From Schizochytrium sp. TIO01 (lineage: Eukaryota > Protista > Bigyra: Labyrinthulomycetes), in contig SMSO01000014.1 in assembly GCA_004764695.1 (NCBI GenBank), positions 3,901,648 to 3,965,647 of the forward strand: DNA of 64,000 bases, read 5' to 3'. The notes under the pieces are model-generated. The model searched no databases and had not been told where the DNA came from. It saw only the letters and a program-made list of their open reading frames with translations. Shown here one piece after another: positions 43,700 to 53,853 of this stretch. Position 1 is the first letter of the stretch. Each line of letters starts with the position of its first letter. The position numbers and the translations under genes were made by a program.

Positions 43700-46600
43700 A
43701 TGATGAGTAGAGGTTCCGGTGTCCAACTTACCACTTCAACAACACCTGAGCCTCAGCCTCCTCGTGAAGTCCCTCCTAGACCTTCAACAACAGCAACCTC
43801 TAGCTCGTCAGGATCACAAAATGGAGAACCTTCGACAATTGCAAGCAGAAATCCAGGTGTCCAACTAACCACCTCAACAGCACCTGCGCCTCAGCCTCCT
43901 CGTGAAGTCCCTCCTAGACCTTCAACAACAGCAACCTTTAGCTCGTCAGGATCACAAAATGGAGAACCTTCGACAATTGCAAGCAGAAATCCCGGTGTCC
44001 AACTAACCACCTCAACAGCACCTGCGCCTCAGCCTCCTCGTGAAGTCCCTCCTAGACCTTCAACAACAGCAACCTTTAGCTCGTCAGGAGCACAAAATGG
44101 AGAACCTTCGACAATTGCAAGCAGAAATCCAGGTGTCCAACTAAATAACTCAACAGCACCTGAGCTAAGGACTCCTCTCCAAATCCCTCCTAGACCTTCA
44201 ACAGATTTTGGATTATTAGAATCACAAGATACGGGACCTTTAACATCATCCAAGCCGCAATATACTCATCATTCTCCACGTCTCCTAAGAACAACACCTG
44301 AGCAACACACTTCTCAAGCTCCTCCACGTCCTGTAAGATCAACCTCTGCACTTTCGGGAACAGTACATGGAGAAGCTTCAGAAACGACGAGTATACACCT
44401 TGGTGTCCATTCCTTTTCTACAATAACACCACAGACACCTCAGACCCATTCAACCAATTCGCCAAACCCTTTGTTGTCCTTCATAGCAGAAAGAAACCAA
44501 GCCTCCCGTGCAACCTATGGAAATTCCTATTCATCAGAAGAAGATAAGGAATATTCGGATAGTAGTGATGAAGAAAAGGAGGACGTTTCGACAAACTTTG
44601 AAGGGGCATATAGTCATACACTAGGAGTACTGCCAAGGGAAGCAAATACTATTGGACGCATTTCAACAGAGCCTATGTCCAGAGATTCTTTTGCTGTTGC
44701 ACAGCAGAATCCAATTCATCAAATGCAAAGCAACAATAATCAGAACGAAAATGACAGCGTTAGTTTTCTTTCGGGCCCGGCAACGCCAATTCGTTTACTC
44801 ACAGCAAAAGATCAGAGAAAGTTTCCTTTTGTCGGAGAGCAGGGTGATCTGCAAATCCGTGTTCGACGTCACAAACCTGGAACCCCCGGCAAAGTCCAAT
44901 TGGAAGTACAAGTTATCTCTATTTTTAGACCATATCGATTTGCAAGGCGTCTCATTTACCTTTACTCTGTGTTTCAACTCACAGTTTATCTAGTTGTACT
45001 TACAATTTCTTTTATCCATCAAGTTGCAGCTGGAGTTTATCAAGGAGACTATCATCAGATACTGAAGATCCCGCTGTTGTTTCACTTCATTCACTGTATT
45101 TCTCACATTCTTTGTGTCATTAATCGAGTGCTTGTGGATATTTTGTCAAACTTTGATTACATTCAGAATCTCATTTCACCAGAACATAGACCCTTTATAT
45201 GGTGCGCCGAGGAATTGAATGATGCTGAAGAAAACTCTGCAGCAAAAAGCAAAGACTACAGCTGGGCATGCCAGCTCATTGATGACATTTTCGGTGTTCT
45301 TTTGATAGGGATACCAGCTTTGATTTTAAGCATCTTCCTTATATGCGGTGAATCATGGAAAACCGCTATTCGAAAGTCGCAAATTGGCGCAATTGTCTGT
45401 GCTGGGATAATTGTAGGCGTCTACTTACTGGAACACATTGTGACAGTTTGGAAGTTTATTCGTATTTTCAGAAGACATGATGAAGAATTTGTAGAAAGCA
45501 AAAGCGTCACTCAGCGGTGTTTTTCAGCAATTGCAGCCGTTGTTGAGACAAGGATGGTGTTTACCCTCTCCAGTATAATGTCACAAAAGTCAGGGAAAGG
45601 GAATGAAAAGTATTCAGAACACACTCCCAATGATGAATTCGATTTTCAACGCTTCCCACGCATAATCAGAAAGTTTTATATAGATCCACGAAAAGATGGA
45701 GCAACCACAGTTTTTCAGTCGTTGGCAATACGCACCAGCACTACTCCGATTTCGAGAGCATCCACAGGTTGGAGTAAACACAAGGTGTTTGATATTATTC
45801 TGAGGGTTACTATTGTCATCGCCATAGTCCTCGTTATTATCGCTGTCTCGAAAGCTCTTGGGTATAGAGGTGCTACCCTTGTTATCGTACTCATATTTGT
45901 TGGCTACAAATTAGGTAACGTCGCTTTGGGCTTCTTACGAAAGAACAAAACCGGGACTAGTAGTCTAGTATCGCACCTTATTTGGATTTTTGTACCAGTG
46001 AACACGGAACGGGAATCAGCTGGCTTTATTACTCAACATATATGTGGTATATTCAACTGCGATAAAGACGTCTCCCTAAATGGCTATGAGCGCGTATGGC
46101 TTGCACAACCTAAGAAGAGGTTTTGGCAAGGTTTGCTTTTATTTTCAGTTCTCATGTATATTCTCTTTTCAAGTATATCAATTGCTCAGGAAAATTACTT
46201 GGGAGGCGCGTGGTGTGGAATGTTTATTGGAATTGGATTTGTTTCTTACACATTTTTCTTTTTAGACCCTGAAGGTTGGGCATTTCTGAAAGAAGAGAAT
46301 ACCTTGCAACGAGCTGGTATTGCTGATGAAATCAAAGATTTTACTCCTACGGAGCGCCATGCATTCGACATGTTGACATGGATACGTAAACAAAGAAGCA
46401 TTATGTCTGCGGTCCTATTCATTGCGATTCTCTATATTGGAGCATTACATTTCATACACAGTAACTTTGAAGAAGAAAATGAATATGTGGATAAAATGCA
46501 AGTGGAACCTATGAGTGCTGAGGAGATTGCGCTAAGTATGTCACCCTCAGGATATTGTAATGTTCAAGCTGTCTGGAATGCAAGTGATCCATTTAGTCTG

Positions 46601-47374
46601 GAGCTCCAGGACTATGCTGCGCTAGCCGCTCTCTCGTATGTAAGTCGAGCCAACAGTATCAAAGAAATGCTTACCTCATGGTTCGAAAACTCCACGGTGA
46701 CTGTAGAGCTCTTGCAGTCTGAAGATCTTCCGCCGTCCTGTCAGAAGTCGAATGTTGTATTTCAAGCTTATGGGGCTCGCCAAGAAAGTGAAGAGAGGAC
46801 AATTCTTGCTATACGAGGGACAACAGATTACAAAGACTGGTTTGAAGATATTTCAGTCTGGGGACCAGTTGTGCTTATGGAGATGGCATCCAAAGTACTT
46901 CCCTTCGGCGATACATGGGACTCTTCAATTCCTTCTCTGCTCAGGGCTACAAGCATATTCAACGGAGGAGCCTTCGCTGACTCACTCATGAATTGTATTG
47001 AAGACCTACAGTCCTATAACTCTTCCTGGGGGCAAAAGCCTATTATTCTCACTGGACATTCTCTAGGCGGAGGCATTGCAGCTATTCTTGGAGCTCGACT
47101 TGATCTTCCTAATGTTGTTTTCTCAGCTCCTGGTGTAGAACTTAGCGTCGAGCTTGTGGCTGAAGGCAAACTCGAGAATCTACAGCGAAACACAGTTAAC
47201 GTTATACCAGATGGAGATATTGTTCCTCAGGTTGATCGTCCAACGTTTCATGTGCAACGAATATCGTGCGACGACACATCCGCTCTGCGTCCAGTAAGAT
47301 GTCACAGTATTGTTCAGACAGTGAATAAGCTTGCGGAGTCTTGCGGCGGTGATCGAGTCTTAATGGATTCTTAA
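43700..47374 (+). CDS. Multi-pass membrane protein with C-terminal class-3 lipase domain and N-terminal Pro-rich repeats, copy 1
   Basis: AIRGTT...DW.ED, LTGHSLGGG (GxSxG), FSAPG, DIVPQVD and CHSI triad motifs; about 9 TMs. First ATG at 43700. Confidence 0.92.
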   Translation: MMSRGSGVQLTTSTTPEPQPPREVPPRPSTTATSSSSGSQNGEPSTIASRNPGVQLTTSTAPAPQPPREVPPRPSTTATFSSSGSQNGEPSTIASRNPGVQLTTSTAPAPQPPREVPPRPSTTATFSSSGAQNGEPSTIASRNPGVQLNNSTAPELRTPLQIPPRPSTDFGLLESQDTGPLTSSKPQYTHHSPRLLRTTPEQHTSQAPPRPVRSTSALSGTVHGEASETTSIHLGVHSFSTITPQTPQTHSTNSPNPLLSFIAERNQASRATYGNSYSSEEDKEYSDSSDEEKEDVSTNFEGAYSHTLGVLPREANTIGRISTEPMSRDSFAVAQQNPIHQMQSNNNQNENDSVSFLSGPATPIRLLTAKDQRKFPFVGEQGDLQIRVRRHKPGTPGKVQLEVQVISIFRPYRFARRLIYLYSVFQLTVYLVVLTISFIHQVAAGVYQGDYHQILKIPLLFHFIHCISHILCVINRVLVDILSNFDYIQNLISPEHRPFIWCAEELNDAEENSAAKSKDYSWACQLIDDIFGVLLIGIPALILSIFLICGESWKTAIRKSQIGAIVCAGIIVGVYLLEHIVTVWKFIRIFRRHDEEFVESKSVTQRCFSAIAAVVETRMVFTLSSIMSQKSGKGNEKYSEHTPNDEFDFQRFPRIIRKFYIDPRKDGATTVFQSLAIRTSTTPISRASTGWSKHKVFDIILRVTIVIAIVLVIIAVSKALGYRGATLVIVLIFVGYKLGNVALGFLRKNKTGTSSLVSHLIWIFVPVNTERESAGFITQHICGIFNCDKDVSLNGYERVWLAQPKKRFWQGLLLFSVLMYILFSSISIAQENYLGGAWCGMFIGIGFVSYTFFFLDPEGWAFLKEENTLQRAGIADEIKDFTPTERHAFDMLTWIRKQRSIMSAVLFIAILYIGALHFIHSNFEEENEYVDKMQVEPMSAEEIALSMSPSGYCNVQAVWNASDPFSLELQDYAALAALSYVSRANSIKEMLTSWFENSTVTVELLQSEDLPPSCQKSNVVFQAYGARQESEERTILAIRGTTDYKDWFEDISVWGPVVLMEMASKVLPFGDTWDSSIPSLLRATSIFNGGAFADSLMNCIEDLQSYNSSWGQKPIILTGHSLGGGIAAILGARLDLPNVVFSAPGVELSVELVAEGKLENLQRNTVNVIPDGDIVPQVDRPTFHVQRISCDDTSALRPVRCHSIVQTVNKLAESCGGDRVLMDS
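43718..44202 (+). repeat. 138-bp (46-aa) coding tandem repeat, 3 full copies plus a degenerate partial 4th
   Basis: Units start at 43718, 43856, 43994 and 44132 (GVQLTTSTAPAPQPPREVPPRPST...). Confidence 0.95.
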
Positions 47375-49157
47375 GAAAACCATTGCATCATTGTCATTGC
47401 TTCGCTCGAGTGTCGCCAAGCAGGCCTACTCACAAGAATAGATTGAATTCATGTCCATTTTAAAATGTTGTTTCTTCCTTATTTTCTGTTTTTGGACTTT
47501 TCTGAAGTGGATTTGTTTTGCCTGCCTGGTATTATCCTACGTTGCGGGCTTTGGTTAGTTTGTTCAGCTCCATCTGTTACTACACAGGGTGAATTTTGAA
47601 AACGCTGTGTGCTTCAAGATTTAGTTGAAGTGACTTGGACTTTTTAGCCCTTGCTTTAAGTTGAATCAATCTTTTCAAGTTCCTTCGCAGTAATCACTAT
47701 CTATAAAGGATTTTAGCGTTCCGGTTGAACCTCGTTATCATACATTTTAAATACAAAAAAAAGGGTCCATGAAACTCAAGACTTTGAGCAATCTTCAAAT
47801 AATGTTTACTACCCAGGCATCTTTATCATATCTTTTTTTCCAAATTTTTAATTATGAATAACACTCACGGACACTGTCAGGTGTTTTTCTTAAGTGTGTC
47901 ATGGCGAAGACTAGATCATCAGAACTGCTTTCTCTTTCGTTTCTATAGAGTACCTACCTTCTTCAAATTGAACAACTGCTCCAACCTCTTTTTGAATTAA
48001 ATCAGCTCGTTTTTTTTCTTCGAAGTAAAATATATTCTACACAGCACAAGAATGTGTTTGCTTAGGGACAACGAAAAGAGTTATGCTTTTTGGTAAGATG
48101 CGTCTAGTTAAGGATGGAGTTGGGAACCAACAGATTACGTTCATGAGCCCCAATGAATTTGGTGCGTCTACGAGTCAACTCTCTGCTACCAGGGAAAGTA
48201 CGGGGTGCAAAGAACGTCCCTGTCACGCGCAGTCTATTATTGACGAAATGCTATCTGAATGTCTCCGGAAAACCAAGTATTGCACTTCAAAACCTCTCGT
48301 TGCTCATTGTAGCGATTGCTCTCCAAAAAGAATATAGTAATGGATTTAAAGATAACACGTTCCTTTTGAAAGTTATGTCCTGGACGATCCAAACCACTCT
48401 GAGAAACGAAAACAACTTGGAACAGGTATCTAGTTGTTCGAAGTTGAAGAGTAGCCAAAGAGTGTAGGGAGCCAGTAGTCAATCATGATTGTTCGAGTAT
48501 TGTTGTGTATGGCTCCTATAGTTTCAGTTAGGTAATTGCTATGGAAAGACGCTGCCTCTTGTTACAATCAGGAAGAAAACGTGTATGGGTGTGCCAATTT
48601 GTAAGTTTTTGAGAGCACAGCCATCCTGTGGGAATAGTAGGGAGTACTAGGGAATGTCCTCTAGGATACCATGCCGTGCATAGGTGTACTTACTATGTAC
48701 TACTTCTCTGTGTCCCAGCACCTCGGTTTAAGGTGCCAAAAATGGACTATCGGATGATCAACGCAGTACCTCTGCGTTGCTTAGGAACCTTCGAACCGAC
48801 CAGCTACGCTTGCCCCCCAGAGGTCTAAATAGCAACTTGTAGATAATTGGCGGGAGAGACGTGGTCTCCTAAAGTGGAATGTAGCCTGCCACTAGGTGCG
48901 CAAATCTGCATCGTAGTTCACCAAAATATTGATGAAAAAGCACCAGGAGTACCCTTTTCCTTTCCACTTCCACATGTTTGTCACCAGAAAAAATTCGAAA
49001 ACCCTCGCATAAACGAAGTGTAAAGAGCAAAGTCAGAACTTCAAGCGTTTCAGTCTTTTCGTTTGTGTTTGCATTAGAGGTCTTCTTCAGGAACTAACTT
49101 TTGTCCTCTTCAAAACCATAACCTGATACTCGGAACTAGCAAGCGCTCAGACGCCCC

Positions 49158-52100
49158 ATGGAGTCTGGAAAATTAAGCCACAAGTCGCCAGCAAACGCTG
49201 CGAACACTCAAGCAATGCAAGCGAAGACAAAGGGACGCAATGGATTTGCTCGCCCTAATATATCCTCAATACTAGCCAAACAAGCTGCAGAACATGTTCT
49301 TGCTAAAAGTGATCAATCTAAAGATACTCCTCAGAAGAAAAACGATTCTCAACCACGCCCAATTCCAAGAAGGCCTGCTTTGAATGAAACAGCCGGTTCT
49401 CCAAAAGAAGAAGAGCTTAACATAACACACACGATTCCAGGAAAACCTGCATTCACTGCAACAACATCTCAGTCCCCAAAAGAAGCGGAACTTAACCAAA
49501 CACGCCCAGTTCCATCAAGACCTGCACCGGAGTCCTTAAAGCCTGAACCGAAAGCAGAATTAGAAGACTCAACCAACCTCCCTTCGACCCCCAAGATTTC
49601 AGACGTTGAGAGTGAGTCAACACAATCCTTACCGAAAGGTCAAGGAAATGGGCTCTCATTCAATGACTTTGCTCAAAACGCGGCTAATCCTGAGGGTGCT
49701 GATGCTACCCAGGCTCAACCTGATCCTTGCCAAGACTCCTTGCAAGGTGAAATCACTGAGTTCAGATCCATTACTTCTGCAAACCTGATGTTGCCTATAG
49801 CTACTAGTATGTTGCTACAGGACTCTGATGATGAGCATCAAGCACACCAAGAAGTGTCAAATCAAGCAATAGAGCCTGCTGAACGAGTGATCCCACCAAG
49901 GCCTTCGCGCTTTGCTAACTCTACGCCGCATATGCAGACAATGCAAAGAGATCCCGATACAAACTTGGCAAGTATCACTCCAGATGATGACCCAAGCAAA
50001 GGCGAAAACGATAGCTGGATCTCCTTGAACAATGACCAAGTGGAGTTTGGAAAGCCCTACGATGCTACTACACATGGAGACGATGTACCAGAAGACAGGA
50101 CTGAGTTTACGGTGTTTAATAGGGCTGCACCAGATTTAGAAGATCCGGTCAACATTGGCAAGGTAGCTCTACCAAGAATCATCTTTATTGATGGAGCACA
50201 TACACCTAGACGCTTCCCTGTTGACAAAGCTTTGTCATTAGAATACCCCTTTGCAGGTCAAGATGCAGATCTTCAGATTCGTGTGCGACACATTGATCAT
50301 AACAATTCGAATAAGTCTGATTTGATCCGTCTCGAGGTTCAGGCGTTGCGAGATTTTAAGCCATGGCGATTTCTCCGCCGGGTTGCATACTTATACTCCT
50401 TTTTTGAGGTCTTTGTAGTGTGTATTGTATTTACGCTTTCATTTGTTCATCATATAATTGGTGGGTGGGCACATGGCAATGGGGGCGATATTTTGAGGTT
50501 CTTTCTTCTTTTTCACTTTCTCCACGTTATGTCACATGTGATGTGCTCTATTATCCGGGCCTTTGTTGACATCTTTTCTAATTTCCAATATATACAGTAT
50601 GTGCTTGCTGAACGCATCCCAGCATGTTTTCGACGGCTTTTTAAGCTTAAAAGGGGTCTTCAGCCTTTCGATGATGGTTATCATATGAGTATGACGGTTT
50701 TATCTTCTGAAATCAGTCGAATTGTTGACGACGTTTACACAACATTATTCATCGTTAGTCCGATTATTGCGTTTGTAATTTCAGTGTTGTTTTCGCCTTT
50801 CGACATAGCTATTCGCAATTCACAACTGTGCACGATCCTCATGGCTGCGGTGGTAGTTTTGATATACATATTGGATCACCTCATCTCAGTCGGGGACTTC
50901 ATTCACGATTCTCGTACCTCTAATGACAATGCAGCCAAAGTCGTAAGAACGAATAACAACCGAGACTTAAGTCAGAATGATTTGCAGTCACCACCACTTT
51001 CAAAAGCAAGCCAGCAAAAGTGTTTTGGTATCTGCTCAATGGTCAAATCCTGTGGTTCTGCGGTTAGCAGCCTCTTTGAAAAGCGAATGCAGTTTCTTTT
51101 GTCAAGTATTGTGACTCGAAGGGAGAAGCGCCGCCGAGCAAGCAGTTGTAGTAGTGAGAATAACCAAAAAGAGGTGATGTGCAATTGTTGTTACCAATAT
51201 CCATCTCCTGATGGACCCGTGTATTTACCATCTCTTCTCGAGACCACAGGGGGAAGGATGTTTCATGTGTCCAAAGGTATGAAAATGGAACTGAAAGAGA
51301 AGCTGTCATGTTATTCCAGATGCCAAGGTTACTTTCATTTGGGTGTCCGTGTTTTTGTCGTAATATGCTGCGTCGGTATCGTTATTGCAATATTAATCAA
51401 AGGGAAGGCAAGATTTGGAGCGACATTAGTAGGAGTCCTAACTGCTGGCTATGCCACCTATAAGTGGTGTTCCCCCTGGTTTGCAGCAAAGGATGGTTGT
51501 TTGTTTAAGCAAGGGCACTTCTGTGAATTTCTTTTCGGAGTAGTTCTCCCTGCCAGCACAAATAAAATTCTGCTAGAAACCTTTGACAAGGAATACAGAT
51601 GGCAGCGTGTATGGTTAGCTAAACCGAAGCAAAGGCTTTGGGTATTCTTGCTTGTATTTGGGCTAGTGGCTAGCACGTTATGCACCGTTTTTTCTATCCT
51701 TCTGGAGGACGCAGGCACCAAACATATGTGGGCAGTTTTCTCGTCAATTGTTCTGGTCTTATCGTTGGTTTTTTTTCTTGTGGACCCCCAGCCATGGCTA
51801 TCTTTGAGTGATCGTGATATGTTCAGCAAAGCTGGTATACAACGCGATCAAAATCTCACGCCAAAACAGAAGCATTGTGTGAGCATGCTGACATGGAGCC
51901 GCCGCCAGCGTGTGGCGCTGACGCTTCTTTTCTTTTTGTCAATATTATACTTAGCAGGAGTAAACTACATTTACCAGTTCGACGAGCAACAAGGTGCAGA
52001 AGGTGAAATAGACGTTTATCCACGAGAAGGCATTGCCTCTTATGGTGTAGAGCCTTCACCGATGGGCTATTGTAAAGTAAATGTTTTGTGGAATGCGTCG

Positions 52101-52907
52101 AACCCAGTAGAGCTTTCCCTCCAGGATTTCGCGTTCTTTGCGGCGATGGCGTATGAGTCTAGCAAAAGAGACTTGCAGTATCTTACGGAGAGATGGTTTG
52201 AAAACTCGGTTGCATCTGTTGAAATTATTCCAAAGGAAAATATTCCTGATGTTTGCAAGTCACCTGGCATTGAGACTAAGTTTTTTACTGCTTCTCAAGA
52301 CAATTACACACAGGTCATCCTTAGTATTCGTGGTACAACGGCTTGGAGGGACTTTCTCGAAGATATTACCGTGTGGGGGCCAGTTGTCATCATGGAGATT
52401 GCCAGCAAAATCTTGCCATTCGGAGATTTTTGGAGAAGCTCAATTCCTTTTTTGCTTCGAGCCACATCTCTTTTCAGTGAAAGCGAATATGCGGACAAGT
52501 TATCTGGTTGTTTGGACTTTTTGCAGATGGCAAACAACATTACTTTATCAGGAGACTCGCTCATTTTAACCGGGCACTCACTTGGCGGTGGTATTGCAGC
52601 CATTCTGGGGGCTCGTAAGGACGTGCACAATGTTATTTTTTCTGCGCCAGGAGTAGAGCAGACATTAAACATGGACGAGGCTAATGACGAGCGTGAGGCG
52701 CTCCGAAGGAACACCATCAATGTGGTGCCTGATGGCGATCCGTTTCCTACAGTAGATCTTCCCGCATACCACACGCAAAGGATTGAATGTAATGATCAAA
52801 CCTCATTGCGTCTCCTTAGGTGCCACTCAATTCTGCGTACAACTAACGAACTTTCTTCGCTTTGCAATGGAGAGCAATATCTAGGAGCCGAAGAGAACCC
52901 ATACTAG
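49158..52907 (+). CDS. Multi-pass membrane protein with C-terminal class-3 lipase domain, copy 2 (tandem paralog)
   Basis: SIRGTT..DF.ED, LTGHSLGGG, FSAPG, DPFPTVD and CHSI; colinear with copy 1 from the DLQIRVR block onward. Confidence 0.92.
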   Translation: MESGKLSHKSPANAANTQAMQAKTKGRNGFARPNISSILAKQAAEHVLAKSDQSKDTPQKKNDSQPRPIPRRPALNETAGSPKEEELNITHTIPGKPAFTATTSQSPKEAELNQTRPVPSRPAPESLKPEPKAELEDSTNLPSTPKISDVESESTQSLPKGQGNGLSFNDFAQNAANPEGADATQAQPDPCQDSLQGEITEFRSITSANLMLPIATSMLLQDSDDEHQAHQEVSNQAIEPAERVIPPRPSRFANSTPHMQTMQRDPDTNLASITPDDDPSKGENDSWISLNNDQVEFGKPYDATTHGDDVPEDRTEFTVFNRAAPDLEDPVNIGKVALPRIIFIDGAHTPRRFPVDKALSLEYPFAGQDADLQIRVRHIDHNNSNKSDLIRLEVQALRDFKPWRFLRRVAYLYSFFEVFVVCIVFTLSFVHHIIGGWAHGNGGDILRFFLLFHFLHVMSHVMCSIIRAFVDIFSNFQYIQYVLAERIPACFRRLFKLKRGLQPFDDGYHMSMTVLSSEISRIVDDVYTTLFIVSPIIAFVISVLFSPFDIAIRNSQLCTILMAAVVVLIYILDHLISVGDFIHDSRTSNDNAAKVVRTNNNRDLSQNDLQSPPLSKASQQKCFGICSMVKSCGSAVSSLFEKRMQFLLSSIVTRREKRRRASSCSSENNQKEVMCNCCYQYPSPDGPVYLPSLLETTGGRMFHVSKGMKMELKEKLSCYSRCQGYFHLGVRVFVVICCVGIVIAILIKGKARFGATLVGVLTAGYATYKWCSPWFAAKDGCLFKQGHFCEFLFGVVLPASTNKILLETFDKEYRWQRVWLAKPKQRLWVFLLVFGLVASTLCTVFSILLEDAGTKHMWAVFSSIVLVLSLVFFLVDPQPWLSLSDRDMFSKAGIQRDQNLTPKQKHCVSMLTWSRRQRVALTLLFFLSILYLAGVNYIYQFDEQQGAEGEIDVYPREGIASYGVEPSPMGYCKVNVLWNASNPVELSLQDFAFFAAMAYESSKRDLQYLTERWFENSVASVEIIPKENIPDVCKSPGIETKFFTASQDNYTQVILSIRGTTAWRDFLEDITVWGPVVIMEIASKILPFGDFWRSSIPFLLRATSLFSESEYADKLSGCLDFLQMANNITLSGDSLILTGHSLGGGIAAILGARKDVHNVIFSAPGVEQTLNMDEANDEREALRRNTINVVPDGDPFPTVDLPAYHTQRIECNDQTSLRLLRCHSILRTTNELSSLCNGEQYLGAEENPY

Positions 52908-53853
52908 TCAATGCGTTTAATTCGCAGTATGATAGATCGTCATTTAAAACAAAAAAGATCTAACCACCATAAGAATTAATTTACATTTCCAGTCTCATTG
53001 TTTTTGCCCCCCCTCAAGTGGGTACACATTTTTACAATCACCAAGTTTTTGTTTCGGTTGCACAGCACTCTCAAGTGCTAGAAAACTGCCCAGAAGAACC
53101 ATATACTTCTAACAAACCTTTTATAACTTCTGATTGCTCGTACGGACGTCTTAATCGAAAATTTAATTTAATTAAAAAGAACAAAAAACATGAAGAAAGG
53201 GTAAACAAGAGCGACATCAACTTCTAATGGCATGCTAAGTATCTTAATCAAACCGAAGAATATCATCAGGTGGAACCAAGCAGTGAAACTTAAGTCTAAG
53301 TTCACTCTCCCTAGGCAGAGAATATTTCTACAAATCAATCTACTTGGGGTAAAATTGCAAGTAGAAAGTTAGTAAAACTGCTGCAATTAACAAGGAAGCC
53401 GAAGAAAAAACGTGTATATATGTATGTATGTACGTATGAATGTGTTTTAAAAGAGAGGGTACCAATCTAGGTAGTAGTGCGATTACATCAGGTCATATCA
53501 GAATAACGTGTGTAACCAATCGGGAAATATTCTCCATTCATGGATGTCTATCTACCTATCTATCAGGCAGGCAGACAAGAGAATAAGTGCGTTTGCATGA
53601 CATCAACAATCACAAAAGGGTAAACAAACAGTACGGAAGTAAGGAGGTTTGGGTAAGAGAGAAAGGAAAGAAAAGGATCCTGTCTCTCTCTCTCTCCAAT
53701 AGGAAGGGGGCTGGGGTGGCTGGGTAATCTAATCGGTTGACAATAGAATTTCTCGTTCTTCTCCTTACAGGGAAGCGACGTAGCTTCTTCGCGGGGAAGA
53801 AGGAACAAACTATTAGGAACTAAACAACAAGGAAGCCGTGTGTATGTAAATTT

